56,410 bases of DNA from Candidatus Yanofskybacteria bacterium CG10_big_fil_rev_8_21_14_0_10_46_23 (GCA_002771135.1 PCXO01000004.1:1-56410), one strand, 5' to 3'. Counted from the stretch's first letter, positions 18,498 to 27,368 are shown. Numbers and translations: made by a program. Notes: generated from the letters alone by a model not told the origin.

Positions 18498-19781
18498 ATG
18501 TCGGGACATCGTCAAAACATCAAACGCTCCATTCTCGCCTTAGTCATTATTATCGCCGGCTTGGCCGTGGCCTTTTTATTAACCACCGCCCGCCCCGCCG
18601 CCACAAGTTATAACCAACCCCAAGAGGCTTTTATCGCCGAACTTTACGACTTAATTCAAGAAAAATACTGGGACACCGCCGATGACGCCCGGCTCACCGA
18701 TTTATTCCAACGAGCCCTTGAGAAAACATTTGAGACTCAAATTTCTCTTCAAACTAACGACAAGGCGGGCCTCATTTCTGCCCTGCCTGAAATTCTAGGG
18801 GAAGCCCCCGATGAGGCGACCTTGAAAAAATTGGCTCTGGCCGCCGATATTACTTTGACCAACCTCGAACCCTTTGGCCGAAGTCGCCTTTTCAGTCAAA
18901 AACAGCAACAAGAACTTAGCGACCGCGTCCGCAATGTTGATCCCCAAATCGATCTCTTCTCTGAAATTGGCGTGCCGAAAGAAGCCAGCGAGGAAGAAAT
19001 CGCCACGGCTTATAATCAAAAGATCGCCGAACTGCAAGCTGAACCCGCGACCGAAGCAACCGAACAAAAATTAGCCCTCCTCTCTCGGGCCTTCGAAACT
19101 CTGGGCGACGAAACCAGCCGGAAACAATATACGGAAACCGGAGCCGAAGCCACGGTTGTTGGAAAATATTTAGCCCCGGAAGTTTTTTATTTAAAAATAA
19201 AACAATTTTCGCCCGAAACTTTTAATGAGTTTATCCGCGTGGCTAACGCCAGCGCCGAAGACGGATCAGGAGATGCTATCATTATCGATCTGCGCGGGAA
19301 TATCGGTGGGGCCGTCGATACCTTGCCTTATTTCTTAGGTCCCTTTATCGGCAATAATCAATACGCCTATGATTTTTTCCATCAGGGCGAATACACCCCC
19401 TACAAAACTAAAGTGGGTTGGCTAGAGAGCCTCGTTCCTTTTAAGAAGGTCGCCATTTTGATTGATAGCCAATCTCAATCCTCGGCCGAAATTATGGCCG
19501 CCACTTTGAAAAAATATAATGTTGGCACTTTAATCGGAACCACCACTCGGGGTTGGGGCACGATTGAACAAGTTTTCCCACTGGAACATCAAATCAGCCC
19601 AACCGAAACTTACAGCGCTTTTTTAGTCCACAGCTTGACCCTGCGGAATGACAATCAACCCATTGAGGGTCGCGGAGTGGACCCGACCATTGATATTAAC
19701 AATCCCGCCTGGACCAAAGAATTGGCGGTTTATTTCGGAGAAAGTCCAATCAACCGAGAGATTGAAAAACTTTTAAATTAG
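18498..19781 (+). CDS. S41-family (tail-specific protease-like) membrane-anchored protein with J-domain-like insert
   Basis: N-terminal TM; YLKIKQFS, IIIDLRGNIGG, SQSSAEI, IEGRGVDP S41 motifs; aa stretch DLFSEIGV...RKQY resembles a DnaJ domain. Confidence 0.85.
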   Translation: MSGHRQNIKRSILALVIIIAGLAVAFLLTTARPAATSYNQPQEAFIAELYDLIQEKYWDTADDARLTDLFQRALEKTFETQISLQTNDKAGLISALPEILGEAPDEATLKKLALAADITLTNLEPFGRSRLFSQKQQQELSDRVRNVDPQIDLFSEIGVPKEASEEEIATAYNQKIAELQAEPATEATEQKLALLSRAFETLGDETSRKQYTETGAEATVVGKYLAPEVFYLKIKQFSPETFNEFIRVANASAEDGSGDAIIIDLRGNIGGAVDTLPYFLGPFIGNNQYAYDFFHQGEYTPYKTKVGWLESLVPFKKVAILIDSQSQSSAEIMAATLKKYNVGTLIGTTTRGWGTIEQVFPLEHQISPTETYSAFLVHSLTLRNDNQPIEGRGVDPTIDINNPAWTKELAVYFGESPINREIEKLLN

Positions 19782-20539
19782 TCCACCTGCTCAGCTTTAA
19801 CCGCCAGCCGGTACCGGCAAAAATCACAATCCTTATCGGCGATCGGCACTTCTTCACTAACAAGGCACTGGCGGGCTTGGGTTAGAGCGCTTTCGACCCA
19901 ACCATCATTGCCCTCGTAACCAATCAAGTGAATGTCAAACTCGAGTTTTTGATCGAAAGCATCAACATCCTTTCGGCCGTTACAATAAACAAAATAGCCC
20001 GTATCGGAGACCCGAAAACCATTCCCCCGCAAAAGCCACTGGTAAACTTCCATCTGACGCTTATAGCCGATCTGCCACGGGGCATCGAGATTAATCGCCC
20101 CGTCCTTCGAGGTCGCCTTATAATCAACGACATAAAGCTCCCCTTCGGGATTAATCCAAATATCATCAACGGCGCCATTAACCTCAAAATTGGTCGGCTC
20201 ATGCAGAAAACGAACTCCCCCGCGACCAAAGTCGGTTTCGCGCCAAGTATTCATTTTTTCGTGGGCGAAAGGCACCGCTTCAAGATTGTTGGAAACCATG
20301 ATCGGGTGTTTCGTTCCCGCCCCCCGGTGAATATCAAATTCTTTTTTCAAAAGATGGTCCACGGCTGAGTTCAAATTAAAGGGAAAGCCCGGCGGCCGCC
20401 CCACCCCGCGACGCCGATCGAGATAAAAACAGCGCGGGCATTCCATAAACAAATCTATTTTCGATCGACTTAGGCTAAAGGGGGTTGTTTGATTGGGATC
20501 AAAGGTTTTGGAACTTTTTGGCTTGTAGTACTGCGACAT
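19778..20539 (-). CDS. PD-(D/E)XK nuclease family protein (RecB/Cas4-like, Cys-bracketed)
   Basis: LSRSKIDLFMECPRC, GAVDD, VVDYKAT, QMEVY, CDFC. Confidence 0.88.
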   Translation of the reverse strand: MSQYYKPKSSKTFDPNQTTPFSLSRSKIDLFMECPRCFYLDRRRGVGRPPGFPFNLNSAVDHLLKKEFDIHRGAGTKHPIMVSNNLEAVPFAHEKMNTWRETDFGRGGVRFLHEPTNFEVNGAVDDIWINPEGELYVVDYKATSKDGAINLDAPWQIGYKRQMEVYQWLLRGNGFRVSDTGYFVYCNGRKDVDAFDQKLEFDIHLIGYEGNDGWVESALTQARQCLVSEEVPIADKDCDFCRYRLAVKAEQVD

Positions 20540-20613
20540 TTGGTTATCATCGCACAGCCAAAGACTCGGGTCAAACCGCTCCGAAAAATTGGCCCTAGAT
20601 ATCAACAGCCCGG

Positions 20614-20640
20614 TTGACAGATAAATTCAAATGCTAGACT
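20614..20640 (+). promoter_or_regulatory. Sigma70-type promoter upstream of the candidate sRNA
   Basis: TTGACA-N15-TAGACT with TG extension; spacer is short. Confidence 0.45.
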
Positions 20641-20641
20641 A

Positions 20642-20727
20642 TGAGGGGGCGAAAGCTGTTCCTCCAGCGGGGGAGGAGCACTCACCCGGGCGACGCACAC
20701 CCTCCATGTCGCCCGGGTCTTTTCTAT
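20642..20727 (+). ncRNA. Candidate small structured RNA
   Basis: GC-rich intergenic unit between a promoter-like site and a 10-bp hairpin plus U-run; internal hairpin TGTTCCTCC/GGAGGAGCA. Confidence 0.4.
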
Positions 20728-20731
20728 AAAA

Positions 20732-23641
20732 TTATAGATTCTGCCAGCGACAGAATTGACAGGCTTTATCCTCGCACCGCCCCTCCCAGAAAGAGAGGTT
20801 TTTTATTTCTTGAACGGCTTTTAAAATTACCCCTTTCAGCTCCGCAACTTCGGATTTTTCGATAAAAAATTCCTCCTTTTTGTAGTTACCCGAGCTGTTC
20901 GGCTCAACAAAATCAATGGTCGCGGAGTTAAAAAGATACTGACCGCCCCGGTGGTGATCGAGCAAAAGTTTATAAAAAACCAGCTGGCGCCTTAAAGAGC
21001 CGTCGGAGGCTTTGGTTTTGCCCATAATGTCATTGCGACTCTTGGGATTACCTGTCTTATAATCAATTACCTTGACTTCATTTTTGGGTAAAAGCTCCAA
21101 GCGATCCAAAACACCGACTAACCGAATCTCTTTCCCAAGTAAAACATCATCAATTCGATACTCCGTTTTTACGGCTTTTGGCCACTGGTCAACCCGGTCA
21201 AACCAACCCCCAAGCGCCCGCTCGCCTCGAGCTTGAAGTTCCCGAAGTTCAATCTCGGTTAGGGGGAGCCCGGCCAGTTCTTTCTTAAATTTAGTTAAAA
21301 GTCTTTTCCGATTTGGCTTCCCTTTAAATATCTCCCCCAGAGCAGTGTGAACGGCGATGCCAAAATACTGGTGGACGGCTGGCGCCTGCGGAACGCGCAG
21401 AAGATTAACATAAAAATATTGCCAGGGACATTTTAAATAGTTATTGAGAGCCGTTACGGATAGCCCCTGTTTTTCCAAAAGACCGCGGACCAGACCCCCC
21501 AAAGATTTTTTGACTGTTTTCTCGGACTTACCCCCCAAAGATGGGCCGAGCGGTTTTTCAAATTTTGACCCATCACCCACCTTAATCATCCGCGGATCTA
21601 GTTCCGAAATAAACTGAGACGGCAATTGCTCCTGGCCATCAATCCCCACTCGACTATAGGAGATTATCACCGCTTTTCGGGCCCGGGTCAGGGCGACATA
21701 AAATAAGCGTCGATCATCACCATTTTCATCGCCGAGATCCTTCGCTCGAAGCGAAAAGACACCGGGGAGAATCGGGAGATTTTCCGCCCGGCGTCGATTC
21801 CCCCAATGGCCGTCCGTGGCGCCGATAATAAAGACCGACTCGAATTCCAGACCTTTGGCTCGATGGGCCGTCATCAATCGGACCGCCCCACCCGAGTTTA
21901 ACTGGGTTTTATTGATAGCGACTTGGTGCGTTTGAATTATCCGAAGGTGTTCTAAGAAATCGGCTAACTGGGCTTTAGGATTGAGGCCATTTAACTTCCG
22001 GACCTCATCAAACAGTTTCTCGGCCTTACTGATTTTTCCAGCCATCTGCCGGTGGTGGTAAAGATGCCGGTTAAAATTCGACTCTTCAAAAATATCCCCT
22101 AAAACTCGGACCGCCGGCTCATTTTTAGCTCGGACCGCCCAGCTAATCATTTTTTTATAAAACTCAGAGAATGACTCCTCCTTTTTAAGCAATTGCCAAA
22201 GGCTCTTTCTGCTTTCGCGGGCGATCCGAACCAGATTAAAAACTTCCTCCGGCTTGAATTTCAGAAAGTCGATGTGCAAGACCGGGATTAATTTCTGATC
22301 GTTTCCAAAATCGTTAATCGCTTCCAAAATCAAAACGATTTTAGAAATATCAATGTCGGCCAGAACATCCTGGCTGGACTCAATCACAAAAGGAATCTCC
22401 TGGCGTTCAAGGGTTTGAGCAATCTCCGCGCTATCACTATTGTCTCGATATAGAATGGCGATTTCTTCCGGCTTCCGACCTGATTTTATCTGGGCTTTAA
22501 TTTGATCGACCAAAAAGTTATTCTCGGCTTGAATCGAAGGAAAGGAGAAAATTGTCGCCGGTGGACCCGAATGCGCAAAAGCGCTTTTTAAATTATGCTC
22601 CTGAGACAAGAGACTTTGGGCGACATTTAAAATTTCTTGAGTTGAGCGATAATTTTGATGAAGTGAAATTGTTTCTACGGTCGGGTAGCGACTTTTAAAA
22701 TCCCGAAAGTTTTTTAAAGAGGCCCCTTGAAATCGATAGATCGACTGTTTCTCGTCGCCGACCACAAAGAGATTGGGATTCTCGTGAAAATCCATCAAAA
22801 GATGGACCAGATTACTTTGGGATTGGTTTGAGTCTTGATATTCATCGACCAGAACATATTGGTAACGTTCCTGAAGTTCGAGTTTTAAATTTGGATTTTG
22901 CTCTAAGGCCCGAACGACTTCAATAATCATATCGCCAAAGTCATACTGATTATTGGCTCGAAGTTCCTGCTGATATTTTCTATAGATTCTCAAAAGTTCG
23001 GCATTCTTGTTTATTTGACGCTCTAATTGAAGGTATTTCCCCTTTATTTTCCCCCTATACGGTCCGAACTCATGGGTTAGGTCATCAATATTTTTAAAAT
23101 CAATTTTTTCCTTATCGACAATTTTCTCAAATTTTTCAGGGGTGACGTCTTCTCGTTTTAATTGATCAATGGCATGACGAATTGATCCAATATAAAAATC
23201 GGGCCGGCCGATCGGCCGAAGAATCTCTAAATCTAAACCTTTGATAATCGCCTCAAAATAGCCAAACTGCTGAGTTTCCGTGATTGGCTCGGCCCCGATA
23301 ATCTCCGGAAAATAATCAGGGTAATTTTGGATAACCCCGCTGGCAAAGCCGTGGAACGTGGCGATCGTTGGTCGGTAGGCGCTCTGACCAATAATGGTTA
23401 AGAGGCGACGACGCATATTAGTCGCCGCCGCCTCGGTGAAGGTTAGGGCTAAAATATTCTCGGGGTTAATCTGGGTCTTATTTAAAATTTGAGCGATCCG
23501 CAGAGTTAAAACTTGAGTCTTGCCTGTCCCCGGGCCGGCGGTAACCAAGGTCGGACCTTCGATCAAATCAACGGCTCTTTTTTGCTGGGAGTTTAAGCGT
23601 TTGTATTCTTTTTGGAATAACCCTTTATTCATAATTGCCAA
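20732..23641 (-). CDS. UvrD/PcrA-like SF1A helicase fused to C-terminal PD-(D/E)XK nuclease
   Basis: AGPGTGKT, VDEYQD, GDEKQSIYRFQGA, MTAHRAKGLEF, YVALTRA; C-terminal LKCP...GVLDR...IDYKTG...C-x4-C-x2-C. Confidence 0.93.
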   Translation of the reverse strand: MAIMNKGLFQKEYKRLNSQQKRAVDLIEGPTLVTAGPGTGKTQVLTLRIAQILNKTQINPENILALTFTEAAATNMRRRLLTIIGQSAYRPTIATFHGFASGVIQNYPDYFPEIIGAEPITETQQFGYFEAIIKGLDLEILRPIGRPDFYIGSIRHAIDQLKREDVTPEKFEKIVDKEKIDFKNIDDLTHEFGPYRGKIKGKYLQLERQINKNAELLRIYRKYQQELRANNQYDFGDMIIEVVRALEQNPNLKLELQERYQYVLVDEYQDSNQSQSNLVHLLMDFHENPNLFVVGDEKQSIYRFQGASLKNFRDFKSRYPTVETISLHQNYRSTQEILNVAQSLLSQEHNLKSAFAHSGPPATIFSFPSIQAENNFLVDQIKAQIKSGRKPEEIAILYRDNSDSAEIAQTLERQEIPFVIESSQDVLADIDISKIVLILEAINDFGNDQKLIPVLHIDFLKFKPEEVFNLVRIARESRKSLWQLLKKEESFSEFYKKMISWAVRAKNEPAVRVLGDIFEESNFNRHLYHHRQMAGKISKAEKLFDEVRKLNGLNPKAQLADFLEHLRIIQTHQVAINKTQLNSGGAVRLMTAHRAKGLEFESVFIIGATDGHWGNRRRAENLPILPGVFSLRAKDLGDENGDDRRLFYVALTRARKAVIISYSRVGIDGQEQLPSQFISELDPRMIKVGDGSKFEKPLGPSLGGKSEKTVKKSLGGLVRGLLEKQGLSVTALNNYLKCPWQYFYVNLLRVPQAPAVHQYFGIAVHTALGEIFKGKPNRKRLLTKFKKELAGLPLTEIELRELQARGERALGGWFDRVDQWPKAVKTEYRIDDVLLGKEIRLVGVLDRLELLPKNEVKVIDYKTGNPKSRNDIMGKTKASDGSLRRQLVFYKLLLDHHRGGQYLFNSATIDFVEPNSSGNYKKEEFFIEKSEVAELKGVILKAVQEIKNLSFWEGRCEDKACQFCRWQNL

Positions 23642-23655
23642 TATAACACATCTAA

Positions 23656-23693
23656 ATAACTCAAAAACAGCCGGTAGGCTGTTTTTGAGTTAT
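23656..23693. terminator. Terminator downstream of the SIMPL gene
   Basis: Perfect 17-bp inverted repeat ATAACTCAAAAACAGCC-ggta-GGCTGTTTTTGAGTTAT. Confidence 0.75.
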
Positions 23694-23716
23694 CAGAGAT
23701 TCTAAGACCGGTTTTA

Positions 23717-24457
23717 TTATTCAATCCCGTATCGAACCGTCACGACAATATTTATTTCTTGAGAACCACCCTCAACTCCCGGGCCTCCGCCCCCAATTCC
23801 GCCGGCGAAACTATCCGCGACCCGGAAGATCGGCTCCGGGGCAAAACTTTCTTCAATAGAGAGGAGCTGACCAAGTCGAAAATCCCCGGCTCCGGCAATA
23901 TCTTTAGCTTTTTCTTTAGCGTTTTCAATCGCCTTTTTTCGCGCTTTTTGCTCCAACTTAGTTCGATCTTCAATGTCGAAAGACAGCTGGGAAACGTTGT
24001 TAGCGCCACGCTCAACCACCCCTGCCAAAATATCACTGGCTTTGGCAAAGTCTTTGACCTTAACTCGAAAACTTTGATTGACCGTAAAACCAACAATTCT
24101 GGATGGACCCGCATTACTAAAAACATAACGGGGGTCAATCGAGTAGTTGGAAGTCTTGATATCCTCCTTTCCCACGCCTTGATCGTTGAGGTATTTTAAA
24201 ATTTTATCGGAAGCCTCGGAATTATTCTTCTGCAAATTAGCAACATCTAGTCCGCCCTCGGTGATTATCCCGAAGGTAAAGGTCGCCGTATCCGGAACCG
24301 CAATCGTAGAACCCTCCGCCGTTACCGTAAAACTTCGAACATTATTTGGGTCAAGCGATCTCGAAAAAGATCGGACATAACTTGCCGTTGAAAACCCCGC
24401 CACTAGCAGGGCGAAGATCGCCGCCAAACCTAAATAGTTCCTTATTTTTATATCCAT
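23717..24457 (-). CDS. SIMPL domain protein (DUF541)
   Basis: N-terminal TM, FTVTAEG...AVPDTA, GANNVSQLSF, AIENAKEKA. Confidence 0.88.
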   Translation of the reverse strand: MDIKIRNYLGLAAIFALLVAGFSTASYVRSFSRSLDPNNVRSFTVTAEGSTIAVPDTATFTFGIITEGGLDVANLQKNNSEASDKILKYLNDQGVGKEDIKTSNYSIDPRYVFSNAGPSRIVGFTVNQSFRVKVKDFAKASDILAGVVERGANNVSQLSFDIEDRTKLEQKARKKAIENAKEKAKDIAGAGDFRLGQLLSIEESFAPEPIFRVADSFAGGIGGGGPGVEGGSQEINIVVTVRYGIE

Positions 24458-24492
24458 AATAGTAATTTATCTTTATGTAAAACTTTCGTCAA

Positions 24493-25095
24493 TCACAGAT
24501 TTTCCTCCGCCCCCGTCCAGTCCACGACGGCCCACCAAGCCTTAATATAATCGGCGCGCCGGTTTTGGTAATTCAAGTAATAAGCATGCTCCCAAACATC
24601 CAACCCTAAGATTGGGACTAAACCATCGGAAATCGGATTGTTTTGATTCGGGGTAGAAACGACTGATAATCTCCCTTGGCCATCCTTGGCCAGCCAAGCC
24701 CAACCACTCCCAAACTGGCCCATGGCGGCTTGGGTGAAAGTCTCTTTAAAAGCCTCAACGCTCTGGAAATTTTTCTCAAGCGCTGATTCAAATTTTTCCG
24801 TCACTTGACCCCCGGTTGGGCTCATAATTTTCCAAAAGAGAGCGTGGTTGTAATGTCCGCCCCCGTGATTTTGAACCGCCCCTCGGATATCTTCGGGTAG
24901 TCCCGCTAAATTTTTCAAAAGCTCCGCCAGAGTTTGGGTCTGAAGATCTTCGTACGGCTCTAGGGCCATATTTAATTTATCAATATAGGCTTGATGGTGT
25001 TTGCAGTGATGAATCTCCATCGTCTGGGCATCAATATACGGCTCTAGGGCCGAATAATCATAGCTTAACTCTGGCAGTTCAAAAGGATGTTTCAT
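24493..25095 (-). CDS. sodA: Superoxide dismutase, probably Mn-type
   Basis: HHCKHH, NHGGGHYNH, FGSGWAW, DVWEHAYY; the GGH pattern favours Mn. Confidence 0.93.
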   Translation of the reverse strand: MKHPFELPELSYDYSALEPYIDAQTMEIHHCKHHQAYIDKLNMALEPYEDLQTQTLAELLKNLAGLPEDIRGAVQNHGGGHYNHALFWKIMSPTGGQVTEKFESALEKNFQSVEAFKETFTQAAMGQFGSGWAWLAKDGQGRLSVVSTPNQNNPISDGLVPILGLDVWEHAYYLNYQNRRADYIKAWWAVVDWTGAEENL

Positions 25096-25197
25096 GGCTC
25101 TATTATTCCATAACTTCTGTTTTTATCAAAAATTCCAAGTAAAGCCCCCCCAGAATGCCTTGGCCCGTTGGCCCCAGAGACCGGCTTCGATATGTCC

Positions 25198-25281
25198 AAA
25201 AAGAAAAGAGGGGGGCCCGAAGAGCCCCCCTTCACCAGTAGTCACCCCTTGCCGCGAAAAAAGGTAGTGACTCTAGTGGTA
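25198..25281 (-). ncRNA. Candidate sRNA or attenuator upstream of sodA
   Basis: Long imperfect hairpin, then GGGGGGCTC-TTCG-GGCCCCCC hairpin with a long U-tract, downstream of a promoter-like site. Confidence 0.4.
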
Positions 25282-25286
25282 AAGCC

Positions 25287-25314
25287 ATGTTAGCATCTTG
25301 ATTTATTGAGTCAA
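25287..25314 (-). promoter_or_regulatory. Sigma70-type promoter
   Basis: TTGACT-N16-TAACAT with TG extension. Confidence 0.5.
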
Positions 25315-25316
25315 GT

Positions 25317-25793
25317 CTAGCGGAAGAAGCCGAAGCGACCGAGGCCATATTTCTGCCAACATCGGCCAAACCCGAGAAAGTTGGCCGATTCGGGATTTAA
25401 GATCAGGCCAAGCATTACAACAATATAAATAATATGGTCATCAACAATCGGGTTATTCTCTGGCGGTAAAAATCCGGCCAGATATATGAATCCCAACATT
25501 ATAATTCCAGCCAAACTCCCCAAACGAACACTGAAGCCGAAGAAAAGCGTCAAACCCACAAACAACAGTCCGAGCATAAAAAGCCAGTCAACAATTGGAT
25601 TGCCCGCTAAACTTTTGAAAATCTCCGCAAAGGGTCCCTCGGTCACCGAATTTAAAAAGCCCCTTGTCGGCGAGCCCCCAGCCAACCAAGCCCGCTCTGA
25701 GGCAGTCGCAAAACCAAGTCCCCAAAGCTTATCAATAAAAGCCCAGAGAAAAATCCAGCCCAATAATATCCGAAGAAGCCCCCAAATTTTCAT
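25317..25793 (-). CDS. DoxX/DoxD-like membrane protein
   Basis: LRILLGWIFLWAFIDK, GGSPTRGFL, NPIVDDHIIY. Confidence 0.85.
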   Translation of the reverse strand: MKIWGLLRILLGWIFLWAFIDKLWGLGFATASERAWLAGGSPTRGFLNSVTEGPFAEIFKSLAGNPIVDWLFMLGLLFVGLTLFFGFSVRLGSLAGIIMLGFIYLAGFLPPENNPIVDDHIIYIVVMLGLILNPESANFLGFGRCWQKYGLGRFGFFR

Positions 25794-25867
25794 AGGATTC
25801 CGGACGGGATATTTCCATTCCGCCCATTTATAATTTTATTATCTTTCTTCCAGGCCCGATTGTAAAC

Positions 25868-25894
25868 AAAAAGGGGTTCACAACTCTGAACCCC
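25868..25894 (-). terminator. Intrinsic terminator of the desaturase gene
   Basis: GGGGTTCA-6nt-TGAACCCC plus T-run. Confidence 0.7.
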
Positions 25895-25907
25895 CGCGCT
25901 CGGAGTC

Positions 25908-26690
25908 TTAGCGTCGGATCTCTCGCACTAAGCCTAATCGCTCCAAGGCGACAATGTAGGCCCAGCCGAGATCGAACTCACCCCGTGCATGAGAAAACTT
26001 GGCCGAGCTCGGCCTCTGATGATGGTTCTCGTGGAGAGGCTCCCCACACAAGATAATGTTAACAATGCCACCCCGATTAACCGAGCTGTTGTTTTGATTG
26101 TAACTCGTATAGCCCCACCAAGAGCTTAGCCCCTGAGAATGACCGTAACCATTAATTACTCCGGCAGCCCAGAAAGGGATCCAAATCATCTGGAACAGCC
26201 AGAGGAAACTGGCGGCCCAAACCCCCGCTTGACCGGCTAAAAACCAACCGATCGAGGCCTGCGCCAGCAAAAGGAAGAGGATCCCGAACAGAGAAAACTT
26301 CTCATAGAAATTTTTTTCGAGCCAATCTTGGGGCCCGTAGCCTCGACTGAAATGATCAATCGCCTCTCGATCTTTTATGGCCCGGCGGTAAAGCCTCCAG
26401 CCACCAAAGACGACCGAATTCAAGCCAAAGATTACCGGACTATGGGGATCATCACCCTCGTCGGGATGGGCGTGGTGCCATCGATGCACCCCGATCCACT
26501 CTTTCGTCACCATTCCAGTTGTTAGCCAAAGCCAGAACCGAAAAAAATGACTGACAGCGCCATGAAAAACAACGGCCTTGTGAGTCTGACTCCGATGTAA
26601 AAAGAGCGTCACCCCCAAAGTCGTCAAGTGGGAGGTCAAGATAAACCACCCCAAAGCGACAAAAAACAGATTCCTCCAGTTTATATCCAT
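25908..26690 (-). CDS. Membrane fatty-acid (acyl-CoA/acyl-lipid, delta-9 type) desaturase
   Basis: Three His boxes HRSQTH, HRWHH, HENHH; WAAGVINGYGH; ATG 26690 follows AAAGGAG. Confidence 0.92.
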   Translation of the reverse strand: MDINWRNLFFVALGWFILTSHLTTLGVTLFLHRSQTHKAVVFHGAVSHFFRFWLWLTTGMVTKEWIGVHRWHHAHPDEGDDPHSPVIFGLNSVVFGGWRLYRRAIKDREAIDHFSRGYGPQDWLEKNFYEKFSLFGILFLLLAQASIGWFLAGQAGVWAASFLWLFQMIWIPFWAAGVINGYGHSQGLSSWWGYTSYNQNNSSVNRGGIVNIILCGEPLHENHHQRPSSAKFSHARGEFDLGWAYIVALERLGLVREIRR

Positions 26691-26712
26691 GCCCACTCCT
26701 TTTTAAAGAACG

Positions 26713-26901
26713 CTAAGATCGACTGGCCCGAAAAATTTGCAAGGCCAAGAAAGAACTCAAAAAAACAATAATCCAGCTAAACCAATGAGGAACCCCCCAA
26801 TTATTCACCGCGATATCCCAGCCTAGAATTAATCGGGAAAGATGAAGAAGCGCCACCAACAAAAAAACAACTGCCCCCGTGAAAACGAATGGCTTTTTCA
26901 T
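26713..26901 (-). CDS. Small two-TM hypothetical protein
   Basis: 62 aa, LLHLSRL...W...P.WFSW pattern. Confidence 0.7.
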   Translation of the reverse strand: MKKPFVFTGAVVFLLVALLHLSRLILGWDIAVNNWGVPHWFSWIIVFLSSFLALQIFRASRS

Positions 26902-26950
26902 TCTGTTTTTTATTCTATCACACTTTTGCTCAAACCATCCGGGTCCGGCA

Positions 26951-26983
26951 AATAAAACCCCCCACCAACACGCCAGTGGGGGG
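26951..26983 (-). terminator. Intrinsic terminator
   Basis: CCCCCCAC-10nt-GTGGGGGG plus T-run. Confidence 0.7.
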
Positions 26984-27003
26984 CAAAGCTTGTGGCAAAA
27001 TGT

Positions 27004-27300
27004 CTAGTCGACTTTTATGCCATATTTTTTTAAGAGTCTCTTTTCCCTATCCGTTAGTCGAGAAAGAAAGTACTCCGCTGTTCGGGAAGGTGGTTCATTC
27101 CAAGTTTCGACATTCTTCCCCCACAGAAATACTTTATCCTCTCGCGTTAATTCAAAAGGTGGAGGCGGGGGTGTCTCTTTTTCGGCCAGAGACAACCCGC
27201 AAAAAGAACAAACCAGTGCTTCTCTTAAAACCCGCACCGGGATTTGAGTCGAACGCCCACACTTGTGACAGGTTATATATATGCCGCCTCTCCGCTTCAT
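27004..27300 (-). CDS. Hypothetical protein with Zn-ribbon (98 aa)
   Basis: CHKC...CSFC; ATG after AAAGGAG; own terminator. Confidence 0.7.
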   Translation of the reverse strand: MKRRGGIYITCHKCGRSTQIPVRVLREALVCSFCGLSLAEKETPPPPPFELTREDKVFLWGKNVETWNEPPSRTAEYFLSRLTDREKRLLKKYGIKVD

Positions 27301-27368
27301 TCCCAGCTCCTTTCTAAAAATTTGGAAAGTTCTCTTAAGGTAACCCGCCCTAAGTTAATCTCAACTTA

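Noticed and set aside
19778-20539. Cas4 implying a CRISPR locus
   Set aside because: No cas1/cas2 or array; it is better explained as a solo PD-(D/E)XK nuclease next to UvrD
20642-20727. tmRNA, SRP RNA or hammerhead ribozyme identity for the candidate sRNA
   Set aside because: It is too short for tmRNA and has no tag ORF or CCA acceptor stem; no SRP GGAA/internal-loop motif; the CUGANGA core is absent
20641-20865. 74-aa ORF on the + strand
   Set aside because: It overlaps the helicase 3' end antisense, runs through a terminator, and its ATG is at the predicted transcription start; the RNA interpretation is preferred
25192-25302. 36-aa + strand peptide MSKKKRGG...
   Set aside because: No SD or promoter, and it lies antisense across strong hairpins; its composition mirrors the G/C runs
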